Shown here piece after piece: positions 35,368 through 45,065 of a stretch of DNA of 45,712 bases (positions are counted from its first letter, which is position 1; every line of letters begins with the position of its first letter). Made by a program: the position numbers and the translations under genes. Where the stretch lies: assembly GCA_043821365.1 (NCBI GenBank), contig JBDRCX010000001.1, positions 1-45,712 of the forward strand. Direction: 5' to 3'. The notes beneath the pieces are model-generated. The model was not told where the DNA came from and did not search any database. It was given only the letters and a program-made list of their open reading frames with translations. Source of the DNA: Candidatus Micrarchaeota archaeon. GTDB lineage: Archaea > Micrarchaeota > Micrarchaeia > Anstonellales > Bilamarchaeaceae.

Positions 35368-37887
35368 TCAGGGGGTAGATGGTGGGTCTTGGATATATGG
35401 TGTCCCGCTTGAGGGTACACTCATACCAAGATCATGATAAAGTTTTTTCCCGTCAGGACATAGACTATTTTCACATTTGGAAGTTAGCCAGAAGAAATTT
35501 TCTATCTTATTTGCACCTGAATCACGATTGGATTTTAGATAGGGAACTTCGCATTCGCGGATATATTTAATGAAGTCATCATAGCCATAGCATTTTTCTG
35601 GCGGTAGTTTTATTGCAATACCGCCATCACAATGTTCAGTATCTGTTTCTCCAGCAGCACTTGCACAGTATTCATCATTAAACAACCAGCTCTCAACAAA
35701 ACCAAGTGCCCAACAATCACCATTTTTTATACTTGCAGTACAACGAGGATGAGTTGAAAGCCGAGTACTAGAATCCCAACTACCGCCATATTTATGAGCT
35801 GCGACATACGCAGTAAATACAGCATCTTTTTCCTCGTCAGTGGCAGCCCAATTAAGTTTGGCACGATTGCTTGCTATCCAGGATTCTGCTGATTTTAATT
35901 TTGCTTCCAAAACCCATGTTCCCAAACAAGCAGAATCAGAAGGATTGAATGGGTTGAAATTAATTGGATTGCAACTTTTTGCAGCTGCCAATTGGCCATC
36001 GCCTAAGTTTGACAGCTCATAAATATAGTTATATTCCCCTTCAACTCCATCTGAGCGATAGGCTGCTGGCCAGAAAGTATATGGAGGTGCAAGAGCCTGC
36101 ATTAATCCAAGACCACACCACCTCCAATCTGGTTGTGCACTATTCCAATTGGGTGCATTTGCAAAAGTACAATTTCCAGTTGGATCTTCCATGTAATCAT
36201 ATGCAGGCTTATTATAACATTCATCAGCAGTTGATGGATCATTATCAAAACAGCCACTGCCACCATATCCAGCTCTACAAACTTTTGCTGCCGCACATGG
36301 TTCAAAACTACTTTCAGTAATTATAAATGCACGAACAAGCATTGGATCAAGATTTCTGGCACCTGCCCATTGATCAACTTCTGGAAATGCAGAGCAATAG
36401 GTATCAGAAGGAGTACCAGATTTATTATTAAATGCAAATGGCATTGGACTAGAAATATTATTTATTATACATTCGTCACAGCTAAAGTATTTGTCAAGAG
36501 AATCGTTGAGTTGTGATTTCTGTTGCTGGAGAATATCATTTGCAGTAAATCTAACCCCAGCAAGATAATCAAATTGCGCATTTTGATTGCAAACAGAACC
36601 AGATTCATTACCGAAAATAAGAAGAGTTCCTCCAGATGGATTTGAACTTGTAGCATCTCTTGCGTACCAAGTATAGGATTGACAACCACCATACCATGCC
36701 CTAAGTCTGTCTTGGGTTTTTCCAACTGCACAATTTGAACAATTAAGTGGATTTACTATCCCAACACCGCCAGTTGTATTGAAAGAATATGGTGCAATTC
36801 CTATAACGCCTTTTTTCTGTAGAGATTGAATACCAAGTGGAAAGAATGAACCATAGGCATTCACAACAGTGTATTCAGTCCATGTACAGGAATTATCAGT
36901 GTCATTGGTTCCAGGATCAAAAAGAACATAGGGAATAATTGTTGGTTTGCTATGGTTGTAAAGTGCATATGCTGAGAAATTAAGTGCTTGTTGTCTTATT
37001 TTTGTACCATCACATGAATGAACATACCTGCCATCTATACCATAGGCAATAAGATCAAGTTTGTCTTCCCACCCATTTGCATATAGTTCAGTCATCACTG
37101 CATCAAGAGCAGTAAAGTCGTTTATCTTTGGTCCAATTGCAGTAAGACAATATATTTTACTTGAAGTACCAGCACGGATATTACCGCATGCATCATTAAT
37201 GGCATTTATCTGTGCAGCAACTTGGACAGCATCACTAACATCAAAATTCATCTCAGCAATAACAACAACAGGACCAACTGGACCAGTTGACAATCTTCCC
37301 ATGTAAAGATCATCACCTTCTTCACCAAGAATTTGTGCTATTTTTCTTGTTTGAGTTATGTTTATGTCAGTACCATTACTATAGAGAATATAAACAGGCA
37401 TAACATCTTTGCTTAAAAAGCACATTGCACGAGAAGCATCTGGCTCTAGATATGGCGATTCATTTGATCCCAAAAGCCATTGTACTGCCATACCAAGACG
37501 ATTATTGCAGAATGTATTTGCATATGAGAAATCACCAAAAGTCGGTCCCTGACCAATCATAAAGTGATGGATAAGCTGGCTTTCGTATGGACTCTGCCGA
37601 AGACTTATTTCTGCAGTTTTATTTGCCGTACAATTTGTTTCAAAATAACAATAACCACCAACAAGACTTTGTAATGGTCCGAAAATATTAGACCCATTCT
37701 GGCAGACCATACACAAACAAGTTCCTGTTTTACAAAGTTCTGTTTGACTTGGATCAGCCAAGGCAACATAACTGAAACTATTCATATACTCCTGTTCATA
37801 AAGGTTTGATCCAGAGCTTAACCGTTGCAAACACCCGAAAGTAATAATCAGACCAAAAAGAATTAACAAAAAAGCTAACAAACGCAT
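35368..37887 (-). CDS. Large Cys-rich surface lipoprotein with lytic transglycosylase (SLT/lysozyme-like) domain
   Basis: Lipobox FGC; EVDQWAGARNLDPMLVRAFIITESSF (catalytic Glu), GLGLMQ, PFNPSDSACLGTWVL motifs; central alpha/beta region. Confidence 0.75.
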   Translation of the reverse strand: MRLLAFLLILFGLIITFGCLQRLSSGSNLYEQEYMNSFSYVALADPSQTELCKTGTCLCMVCQNGSNIFGPLQSLVGGYCYFETNCTANKTAEISLRQSPYESQLIHHFMIGQGPTFGDFSYANTFCNNRLGMAVQWLLGSNESPYLEPDASRAMCFLSKDVMPVYILYSNGTDINITQTRKIAQILGEEGDDLYMGRLSTGPVGPVVVIAEMNFDVSDAVQVAAQINAINDACGNIRAGTSSKIYCLTAIGPKINDFTALDAVMTELYANGWEDKLDLIAYGIDGRYVHSCDGTKIRQQALNFSAYALYNHSKPTIIPYVLFDPGTNDTDNSCTWTEYTVVNAYGSFFPLGIQSLQKKGVIGIAPYSFNTTGGVGIVNPLNCSNCAVGKTQDRLRAWYGGCQSYTWYARDATSSNPSGGTLLIFGNESGSVCNQNAQFDYLAGVRFTANDILQQQKSQLNDSLDKYFSCDECIINNISSPMPFAFNNKSGTPSDTYCSAFPEVDQWAGARNLDPMLVRAFIITESSFEPCAAAKVCRAGYGGSGCFDNDPSTADECYNKPAYDYMEDPTGNCTFANAPNWNSAQPDWRWCGLGLMQALAPPYTFWPAAYRSDGVEGEYNYIYELSNLGDGQLAAAKSCNPINFNPFNPSDSACLGTWVLEAKLKSAESWIASNRAKLNWAATDEEKDAVFTAYVAAHKYGGSWDSSTRLSTHPRCTASIKNGDCWALGFVESWLFNDEYCASAAGETDTEHCDGGIAIKLPPEKCYGYDDFIKYIRECEVPYLKSNRDSGANKIENFFWLTSKCENSLCPDGKKLYHDLGMSVPSSGTPYIQDPPSTP

Positions 37888-37944
37888 GGAACAATTTAAG
37901 ATGTTTTAGAATTTAAATCTTCACATTTTTTGAATAATAAAAAA

Positions 37945-40900
37945 TTAGTAAAGATAGGACCTACAAGATGCATTTTTGCATTGTGCTCCTCTGTAATTTG
38001 CCATACCACACCTGGGACAGTAAACTACTTGTGAAATTCTGTGTGGCCTCATTATATGTGATGCCTTGTTTGAAAGATCTCTTGCAAGTCTACCAGCACC
38101 TTCACCGAAACCGCCACCGCCGCCATGCTTTGCACGAGCCCTCCAATCAGCTATCATATCTCTTGGCGTAAGTGACTGTGGATAAATGGGCACTGGAATG
38201 TGGTGTAAGAACAGAATTGGATTAAAGTATCCCCAAAGTGAGTTTCTTTCAAAACCAAACATGTCAAGTTCCTGTCTTCTTCTTATACAAAGTGCTTCAG
38301 AAGAAACTGTTCTTCTCACAGTATTGTCCATTGCTGCATTTTTTATGGCCTCATCATACATAAATACAGAATCTTTTGTCCTTGTTAGGTATTCTGCTTG
38401 CACTTGATCAAGTACAAGATTGTGCCTGTAATCATAGTATGATTCACCAGGGTTTGCATCACCAGTTCTTGCTGTAGAATAGATACCTTTCCTGTGAATC
38501 ATTATGTCAGGTGCACTTTGTTTAAGCCCTTCTTGCATATCCGTACCGGCAAGCTGGTGTCTTTCAAGACTTCCACCGAATACATTAAGTTTTGACAATG
38601 CTCTGGATAGTTTCCCTCGGCCATACATTGCTGCAGAAAATGGATTCAATGACTGCATTGCTTCCATAATCCTAGGTTGTGTATAATTCCATTGCTTAAG
38701 TGCATCATCAGTTGAATCCCATTTTGATGCATATCCTTGCATAGACATCTGGAAACCTCTTAGCATGTTTATGTAAGGTCTCATAGCATATTTTGCTGCC
38801 TGCATTGGGAAACCATAGAATGACATAAAGTTAGTGTATGTACCTCGGTCCATGAATGCTCTTAGATTATCCCTGATATTAAACTGTGATGATGGACCAA
38901 AATGGAAAAATGATGCCCAGGATTGGTGGGTACCAAATGATGTTGAAGATCTCCATGGATTTCTATCAATAGCATATTGCCATACCTGCAAATAGGCACC
39001 ATGGTTTATGGCAACTCCACGATAGGCTGCTTTTTCAGCATCACTAAGATCATCTGCAAATTTACCTGCCATTATCTGAGTTGCGAGTCTTTGAGAATGA
39101 AGACGATAGGCACTTGAAACACCAGTAATATCATAAGATGTTTGGTGTAGACTGCCACCTGAAAGCAATGCAACCCTTGACCAATAATCTCCAAGATTCA
39201 TGAACATGTCTCTTGTTGGTTTCCATATTCTTTCATTGAAATTAGGAGTATCGACACCAACATAACGCATTATTGATGGAGAAGTTGGAGCAACATTTCT
39301 TCTTGACTCTATTGTCAGTTCGCTATGACTTGAACCAAGGGTATAATCAAAGGTTGAACTACGTCCCCTCCATATGGCAGCCTCGAGTACTTGTTGTCTC
39401 TCATAGTTATAACCGCCTTCTTTTGCCCATCTGCTTGCTTGAGTAAGGAACTGTTCCCATTCAGCTGGATTTCTTGATTGTTCTGCATTTCGAAGCATTG
39501 CAGCTAGATCATCCCTTGCACCAAACTGCACTGCAACATCGTCAGGTACAAATGCCTTCTTCTGTCCATTCTGATCTCTTAGGCATGTCTGACCTGCCAT
39601 AACACGATCAAGATCACTAAGTACAAGTCCTTTTCTATAATAAGCAAAACCACCTTCATGAAGCATTACAACTGCTTTGTCAGATTTTGCAACATCATCA
39701 TAGGTCATATCTCTCTTTAATATACCCTCATATTCCTTCTGGTACTTTTTCAACATTTGAGTTAGCTTATCAAGATGATGGGAATTAGTTGTATCTATTT
39801 TTTGAAGGAACGCAAGATCTTCGTGGTTGTTTGCAAGACCTTTTTCCTGAAGTGCTTTTTCCATAAACCCAAGCATAACACCATAGTAAAGCCTTGATGT
39901 TTCTCTAGTAGTTCCATAAGTATTCTGTGCAAAATGAGAATTGAACCTTTGTTCCATATCCCTCATAAGTTGGTCTGCAACCCAAAGCTTCTTTGCATGT
40001 CTTCCTCTTTCTTCAACTGACCAATTTGCTGAACCAGACATCCTGTCAAGCTCAGCTTCTATGGATCCTCTAACTGCAGGAACATAACCACGAGTAAATC
40101 TTGATTCTACCCATTGGCCAAGGGCAAAGTTATCTTTAGAAGCAAGTTCTGACACCCAGTGTCTTTTAACATCAACCAATGTTGCTTTTTGACTTATACC
40201 AAGCTCTTCACTACCACCTGAATACCATACTTGCTTACCTGTTTTTTTGTCAACGTCACCCGATCTTTGCATTGTTCCGCCGTACATGAACTTAACAATA
40301 TCAGCAATTGAAGCAGAATTTATGCTCTTACCTTTGCTATGTTCCTCATACATTCTTTTTCCTTCGTTAGTAAATAGGGAAATAAGATCATTTCTGTTTC
40401 TCTCAGCAACTAGCCTTAGCTGAGTTGCATTGCGCATATGTTCTGGTAGTTGTTCCATTGCAGTTGTTGGATCAAGACTTGTAAGTCTATTTGCAACATT
40501 TAGTCGTGCTGAGGTAAGTTCTTCTTTTATACCTCCACTAAGAAAGCCACGCTCACCATCCCAAATCATTGTACGTAAAACCATTGTTTCCCATGCATGG
40601 GTTGCATTTAATGAGTCGCCACCGACATGGCAAACATATGCATCTTCGTGTAGTCTTGCACCTGCAGTAGTTGACATACGCACCTTATTCTGTTGTTCTA
40701 GAATTTCCTGCAGTCTGATCATTTTTATGTGTTCTGGCTCAGTTGAAGCACTCAATGTTTCTAGCCTTGTCGTTACACTAAGCATTTGATGATCTATATG
40801 TGCACCATGTGATTGTGCAAGGTTTGTAAGTGCATGTAATTTATCATTTGTTGTCATGGCAGTGTTTGAGAGTATTCTTCTTATTTCACCTTCAGCAGCT

Positions 40901-42711
40901 GCCAATTCTGCAGATGCACGGAAATTTGATCTTTTTAGAATATTTATGTCAATATGACCCATGTTTGCAAGTTCTTCAGCTGTAATATTGAAGTTCATGC
41001 CCATTTTTCTGTAAAGCTGTCTTAGTACGTACCTCATTTGATCCTTAAGAACTTCATTGTTAAGAGAACGATAAAGATGAGCCATCTTATCATTTACAGG
41101 GAACATTGATCCGACAATAATATCTGCAGGACGTTTGCTAACCTGTCCCAATAGCCAGGCTGCACTACCAGAACGTTTTGCCTTATGTTCAAGTGCATCA
41201 ATTGCACGTTGGCCACCAATCAGATGCATAGTTGATTTTGTCATTCCTCTTGCTAAGTGAGGCGTCTCAGTAACCATTGCCTTGACCATCCTACCCATAA
41301 CCCGTGAGGTTCTGGCAGCTGAATCAACACTCGACATAACCAAAGGACCAAGAAGTGCATATCTATTTGCACCATAGAATTTGTTTAGAGTACTGCTAAC
41401 TTTTTGATGAACTGCGCTTCTTTTTCCAATATCAGGCATTGCAGTAAGAACTTCAAGGCTTTGCCATGTTCTAAGACCAAAAAGATAATCTTTCAATGTC
41501 ATTGCCATTACTGCGTTTCTGCCTCCTTTTGCCTCAAGTCTTTTTAACAGATCTGCAACTGTTTTATGTTCTGCGTCACCATAATGATAAGGTAGTTTTG
41601 TCAGATGATCTAATTCTGCTTGTGTCATTCCAAGAGAACGACCTGCAGTAACAAGTGCGGATGCAACTTTTTTGTTTTGTTCAACATCACCAGCATACCT
41701 GTCTGCCCTTGTCCCTTTTTGTGATTTTATCTTTGCTTCTAAACGTGAGAGTACAGAATCCCCTGCCATTCTTGACCTTAATATACCTGCAGTAACTCCA
41801 AGTGCTCCGGCTGCTGCAGCCATCTTATCTTTTGTGGTCTTTTTCAATTCAGTATAACCAAATGGAGCTAATATTTGTCCGCTTGCAGCAACACCTTTAG
41901 GCGTTGGTAGTCTTGGGGTGGCTATATCAAGAAGGGTTACTGGACTTTTGCCTGCAAAATACATTGAAGAAATCAACAACCCAGTTAGAAGGAAAAATGC
42001 AAGGCATGGTAATATACCAGCTCCTGAAATTGGAGTACTGAGTCCATAGAAAATATCGTGTATTTTCCTATTAATCAAAGTAGAGTATGTTGATTGTGGG
42101 TCTGTAAATATATCTTGTTCCATACTTGGGTTCACTGCCTCATCAACACCAGGAACATAAATAACTCGAAAATATGTTTTAGGAACCCCACCTAATGGAG
42201 ATAGATCACATACTGCATAATAATAATCATATGAGTCTGTCATCTCACCAGTTATTGGATCGGGTTTATAGCCAGTAGCAACATTTGTTGCAGTTTTATC
42301 CTCGCATCCTGGAAGCGGTGTCCAAAAATTTGTTGATGTACTTCCTGAAGGATTGAAATATTGAACAGTAAAATGTGCATTTGCTGGCGAAGTCATATTA
42401 AACTTATAATCAGTTGTGTGTGCACCATATTCAGCTGCTTTTTTGTAAGTACATTGAAGTGGATCTGTTGCACCTTCAGCCACACACTCATCATAGAAAC
42501 CTTTCATTACATCTCTTTCAGTTTCTCCTGTTGATGTTACGGCTGGTTCAAAAATAAGCACTGAGATATTGAGTACTGTGTCGCTTGGATTTGAACGTTG
42601 AAGTATAACTTGACTATCCTTAACAGAACCACTACTTGGGAATCCAAATTGAGCATATGTAGTAGATAGAACAAGAAGCAATGCCAAAACCACATATTTC
42701 AAGGATCTCAT
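37945..42711 (-). CDS. 1588-aa single-pass membrane protein of unknown function with C-terminal Zn ribbon
   Basis: Signal peptide, about 210-aa extracellular part, TM (CLAFFLLTGLLISSMYF), long helical/basic cytoplasmic region, terminal CPRC...C...C. Confidence 0.8.
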   Translation of the reverse strand: MRSLKYVVLALLLVLSTTYAQFGFPSSGSVKDSQVILQRSNPSDTVLNISVLIFEPAVTSTGETERDVMKGFYDECVAEGATDPLQCTYKKAAEYGAHTTDYKFNMTSPANAHFTVQYFNPSGSTSTNFWTPLPGCEDKTATNVATGYKPDPITGEMTDSYDYYYAVCDLSPLGGVPKTYFRVIYVPGVDEAVNPSMEQDIFTDPQSTYSTLINRKIHDIFYGLSTPISGAGILPCLAFFLLTGLLISSMYFAGKSPVTLLDIATPRLPTPKGVAASGQILAPFGYTELKKTTKDKMAAAAGALGVTAGILRSRMAGDSVLSRLEAKIKSQKGTRADRYAGDVEQNKKVASALVTAGRSLGMTQAELDHLTKLPYHYGDAEHKTVADLLKRLEAKGGRNAVMAMTLKDYLFGLRTWQSLEVLTAMPDIGKRSAVHQKVSSTLNKFYGANRYALLGPLVMSSVDSAARTSRVMGRMVKAMVTETPHLARGMTKSTMHLIGGQRAIDALEHKAKRSGSAAWLLGQVSKRPADIIVGSMFPVNDKMAHLYRSLNNEVLKDQMRYVLRQLYRKMGMNFNITAEELANMGHIDINILKRSNFRASAELAAAEGEIRRILSNTAMTTNDKLHALTNLAQSHGAHIDHQMLSVTTRLETLSASTEPEHIKMIRLQEILEQQNKVRMSTTAGARLHEDAYVCHVGGDSLNATHAWETMVLRTMIWDGERGFLSGGIKEELTSARLNVANRLTSLDPTTAMEQLPEHMRNATQLRLVAERNRNDLISLFTNEGKRMYEEHSKGKSINSASIADIVKFMYGGTMQRSGDVDKKTGKQVWYSGGSEELGISQKATLVDVKRHWVSELASKDNFALGQWVESRFTRGYVPAVRGSIEAELDRMSGSANWSVEERGRHAKKLWVADQLMRDMEQRFNSHFAQNTYGTTRETSRLYYGVMLGFMEKALQEKGLANNHEDLAFLQKIDTTNSHHLDKLTQMLKKYQKEYEGILKRDMTYDDVAKSDKAVVMLHEGGFAYYRKGLVLSDLDRVMAGQTCLRDQNGQKKAFVPDDVAVQFGARDDLAAMLRNAEQSRNPAEWEQFLTQASRWAKEGGYNYERQQVLEAAIWRGRSSTFDYTLGSSHSELTIESRRNVAPTSPSIMRYVGVDTPNFNERIWKPTRDMFMNLGDYWSRVALLSGGSLHQTSYDITGVSSAYRLHSQRLATQIMAGKFADDLSDAEKAAYRGVAINHGAYLQVWQYAIDRNPWRSSTSFGTHQSWASFFHFGPSSQFNIRDNLRAFMDRGTYTNFMSFYGFPMQAAKYAMRPYINMLRGFQMSMQGYASKWDSTDDALKQWNYTQPRIMEAMQSLNPFSAAMYGRGKLSRALSKLNVFGGSLERHQLAGTDMQEGLKQSAPDIMIHRKGIYSTARTGDANPGESYYDYRHNLVLDQVQAEYLTRTKDSVFMYDEAIKNAAMDNTVRRTVSSEALCIRRRQELDMFGFERNSLWGYFNPILFLHHIPVPIYPQSLTPRDMIADWRARAKHGGGGGFGEGAGRLARDLSNKASHIMRPHRISQVVYCPRCGMANYRGAQCKNASCRSYLY

Positions 42712-42798
42712 AATATATTCGGGCTTTAAGTTATTTATAAATGAATATGTTTTGCGTTAGTATTAAAAATACAAAGTCTACAAATTACGTAGTTATAG

Positions 42799-43773
42799 GT
42801 GATCACTATAAAAGGACCAAACCCATTTGCATGGAACCCAGAAAGTTTTCAGGTTTCAGTAAAGAAAATAAATAGCAGTGTATTCACGAGTTTTTTGAAT
42901 GCAAATGCATCAAAGCAACCTGGAATTCTGATAATAACTGGCGAGTTGGGAGTTGGTAAGACTATATACTTAAGGAATTTTAGACATGAAGCAGAAAAAG
43001 CAGGAGTTTTCTGCACATATGTTAAAATGGAGAAAGGAGAAGACGAAATAGATCTTGTAGATAAAATGTTCCAAGAAGAGAAAAACCTGGATGATGCAAT
43101 AGACCATCTAAGTAGTTACAGTAATGAAGGGATAATGTTCATTGATGGAGTAGACAGGATTAAAAAAACAGATCAGGTAGCAAGAAAACTTGTAAATAAG
43201 GTAAGTTCTTACTGGGGAAAGAAAAAATTCTCGATTGTGATGAGTTCAGTAAGACCATTGAAAATACCGAATGATGAGGCAAAAACAATAAACCTGACTG
43301 CCTTCAATGAGAACGATATGCAAGAAATGGTACGTAATACTCTCAAAGATAAAGAGATTAAGATGGGAAGAGAATGTCTTAGAAGCATACTAAATGATAG
43401 TAGTGGAAACCCAAGAGTTGTGCTCTTGATATGTTGGCATATTTATGAGAAGATAAGGGATAATGAAAAAATAATAACAAAAAGTCATTATCTGAATTAT
43501 TTGCCATACATAATGACCATGCTTTCCAATGAATGGTTTGGGGAAATATATCACGAAACCTCGAAATCAGAAAGGCAGATATTGAAGATATTGGCAAAGA
43601 ATATAGATGGCATTCATGTCTCACAAATTGCTAAAAAACTGAAAAAACCACTTGGACCAACCTCAACTCTTACGATGAGATTGGTTAATAGCGGTCAGGT
43701 AATTAGAGTCGAGAGAGGGGAATATAAGATATTCTCTGCCCTTTATGGAAGATATGTTCTTCAAAGAAGCTAG
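42799..43773 (+). CDS. AAA+/archaeal ATPase with C-terminal winged helix
   Basis: Walker A GELGVGKT, Walker B MFIDGVD, SSGNPR, C-terminal HTH (SQIAKKL...TSTLTMRLVNSGQV...GEY). Confidence 0.8.
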   Translation: MITIKGPNPFAWNPESFQVSVKKINSSVFTSFLNANASKQPGILIITGELGVGKTIYLRNFRHEAEKAGVFCTYVKMEKGEDEIDLVDKMFQEEKNLDDAIDHLSSYSNEGIMFIDGVDRIKKTDQVARKLVNKVSSYWGKKKFSIVMSSVRPLKIPNDEAKTINLTAFNENDMQEMVRNTLKDKEIKMGRECLRSILNDSSGNPRVVLLICWHIYEKIRDNEKIITKSHYLNYLPYIMTMLSNEWFGEIYHETSKSERQILKILAKNIDGIHVSQIAKKLKKPLGPTSTLTMRLVNSGQVIRVERGEYKIFSALYGRYVLQRS

Positions 43774-44276
43774 AACGCTAATATCCAATCATTCTCGAAA
43801 AGTTGAATGAACTTATTAACTGTTAATTGATCGTAGATAATTACAGATGCTTCCCTATTTTCATAAAGTGCTGAATTGCTTAGATTATGAGAACCAACCA
43901 GCACTATTTTTCCGTCTATTATGATAATCTTAGAGTGTGTTAATTCGAATAATTTGCTTGCATATTTTACTACAAAATGTTTTGCAGTTAGCTCAGAATG
44001 GATTTTACTATTTTGTCCACCAATGACTTGTTTTTCCATTATTATTCTTATTGTGACTCCTCTATTCTTCGCTCTTTCAAGTGCTTCTATAACATCTCTA
44101 GATGTAAAAACATAGACTTCAATATCAATTGATTTTTCTGCAGAATCAATCAGCTCTATTATTTTGTATCCATCATTTGGTGAAAATACAGTTTCTATTT
44201 TATAGGTTAGATTTGAGAATAAAAAACAAAGAATAATTCCAATAAGTAGCCCAAGCCCGAACATCCCCCATTTCAT
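43770..44276 (-). CDS. Membrane-anchored single-HKD phospholipase D/nuclease
   Basis: N-terminal TM; SIDIEVYVF, HSKIIIIDGK..LVGSHNLS, NREA. Confidence 0.9.
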   Translation of the reverse strand: MKWGMFGLGLLIGIILCFLFSNLTYKIETVFSPNDGYKIIELIDSAEKSIDIEVYVFTSRDVIEALERAKNRGVTIRIIMEKQVIGGQNSKIHSELTAKHFVVKYASKLFELTHSKIIIIDGKIVLVGSHNLSNSALYENREASVIIYDQLTVNKFIQLFENDWILAF

Positions 44277-44420
44277 ATTTTGCTAAACACAATTAGAATT
44301 TAAATACTAATAAGCAAAAACAGATTGTGATGAACAAGCAATACCTTTGAAACTTTTAGGAAAAGTTTCATCAAAACCGGAATGTTAAATATTTTCCGGG
44401 GAAATAAATTTTCCTAATCG

Positions 44421-44514
44421 TTGATGAAAGTGATCTTGAGTTCTGAATGAGTTTACGAACGAAGAACTCGAGAGATTTGAACGGTTCGTCGTTCAAACAG
44501 ATCTTGAGTTCTGA
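44421..44514 (+). ncRNA. Candidate box C/D-like guide RNA with duplicated guide sequence
   Basis: TTGATGA 44421-44427; GATCTTGAGTT+CTGA at 44432-44446 and again at 44500-44514; UUCG hairpin 44476-44497. Confidence 0.55.
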
Positions 44515-44642
44515 TTTTGTTCTTTGAAGGGACGAACGTCCCTTTAGAACCCTAGACTTTTTGTTTATTGTAGAGTAGTTCCTCACAAGTCCAATATATT
44601 AAGATAAAAAAAGAAGAGCCATGGCCCTCATAAAATAAAAAG

Positions 44643-44698
44643 TCAGATGTGATTTTATCCTCATCGGGTTGCCCCTAGGACTGTCGAACACTCATCAT
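44643..44698 (-). ncRNA. Box C/D sRNA (56 nt)
   Basis: ATGATGA (C) - GTGTTCGACAGT - CCTA (D') - GGGGCAACC - CGATGA (C') - GGATAAAATCACAT - CTGA (D); TATA-like element about 25 nt upstream. Confidence 0.75.
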
Positions 44699-44773
44699 CT
44701 TTTGGTTGTTTGTACTTTTCCATATATAATACCATGGTAAAAGTACCAAAACTTCAAAATGAAACAATAAACA

Positions 44774-45016
44774 CTATTCTCTTCTAGGTTCTGGCTCTGG
44801 TTTTGAGATTTTAGCTAAAGCAGCTGCAAGATTTGCCATACCATTCCCACTCACTTTTGATTGTGGAACACCGAAATCAGAAGGTAACAAATGGTCTTTT
44901 CCTTCAACACGAGCAAGAGCACGAATTAGATTAGCATATCCTGATGATCTTGAATTAGATTCTTGAGGTCTTTTACCTCTGCCATCCCCCTTATCCCTAC
45001 AATCATGAGCAAACAT
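44774..45016 (-). CDS. Small basic hypothetical protein (80 aa)
   Basis: ATG-start ORF with TTTAAA about 25 nt upstream; no recognisable motif. Confidence 0.4.
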   Translation of the reverse strand: MFAHDCRDKGDGRGKRPQESNSRSSGYANLIRALARVEGKDHLLPSDFGVPQSKVSGNGMANLAAALAKISKPEPEPRRE

Positions 45017-45065
45017 GTGGAAATAGATGTTATAACGGGTTTAAAAAAGTAGATAATAAAAAAAA

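Noticed and set aside
44371-44586. 71-aa minus-strand ORF
   Set aside because: Overlaps the structured C/D-like RNA and has no protein motif.
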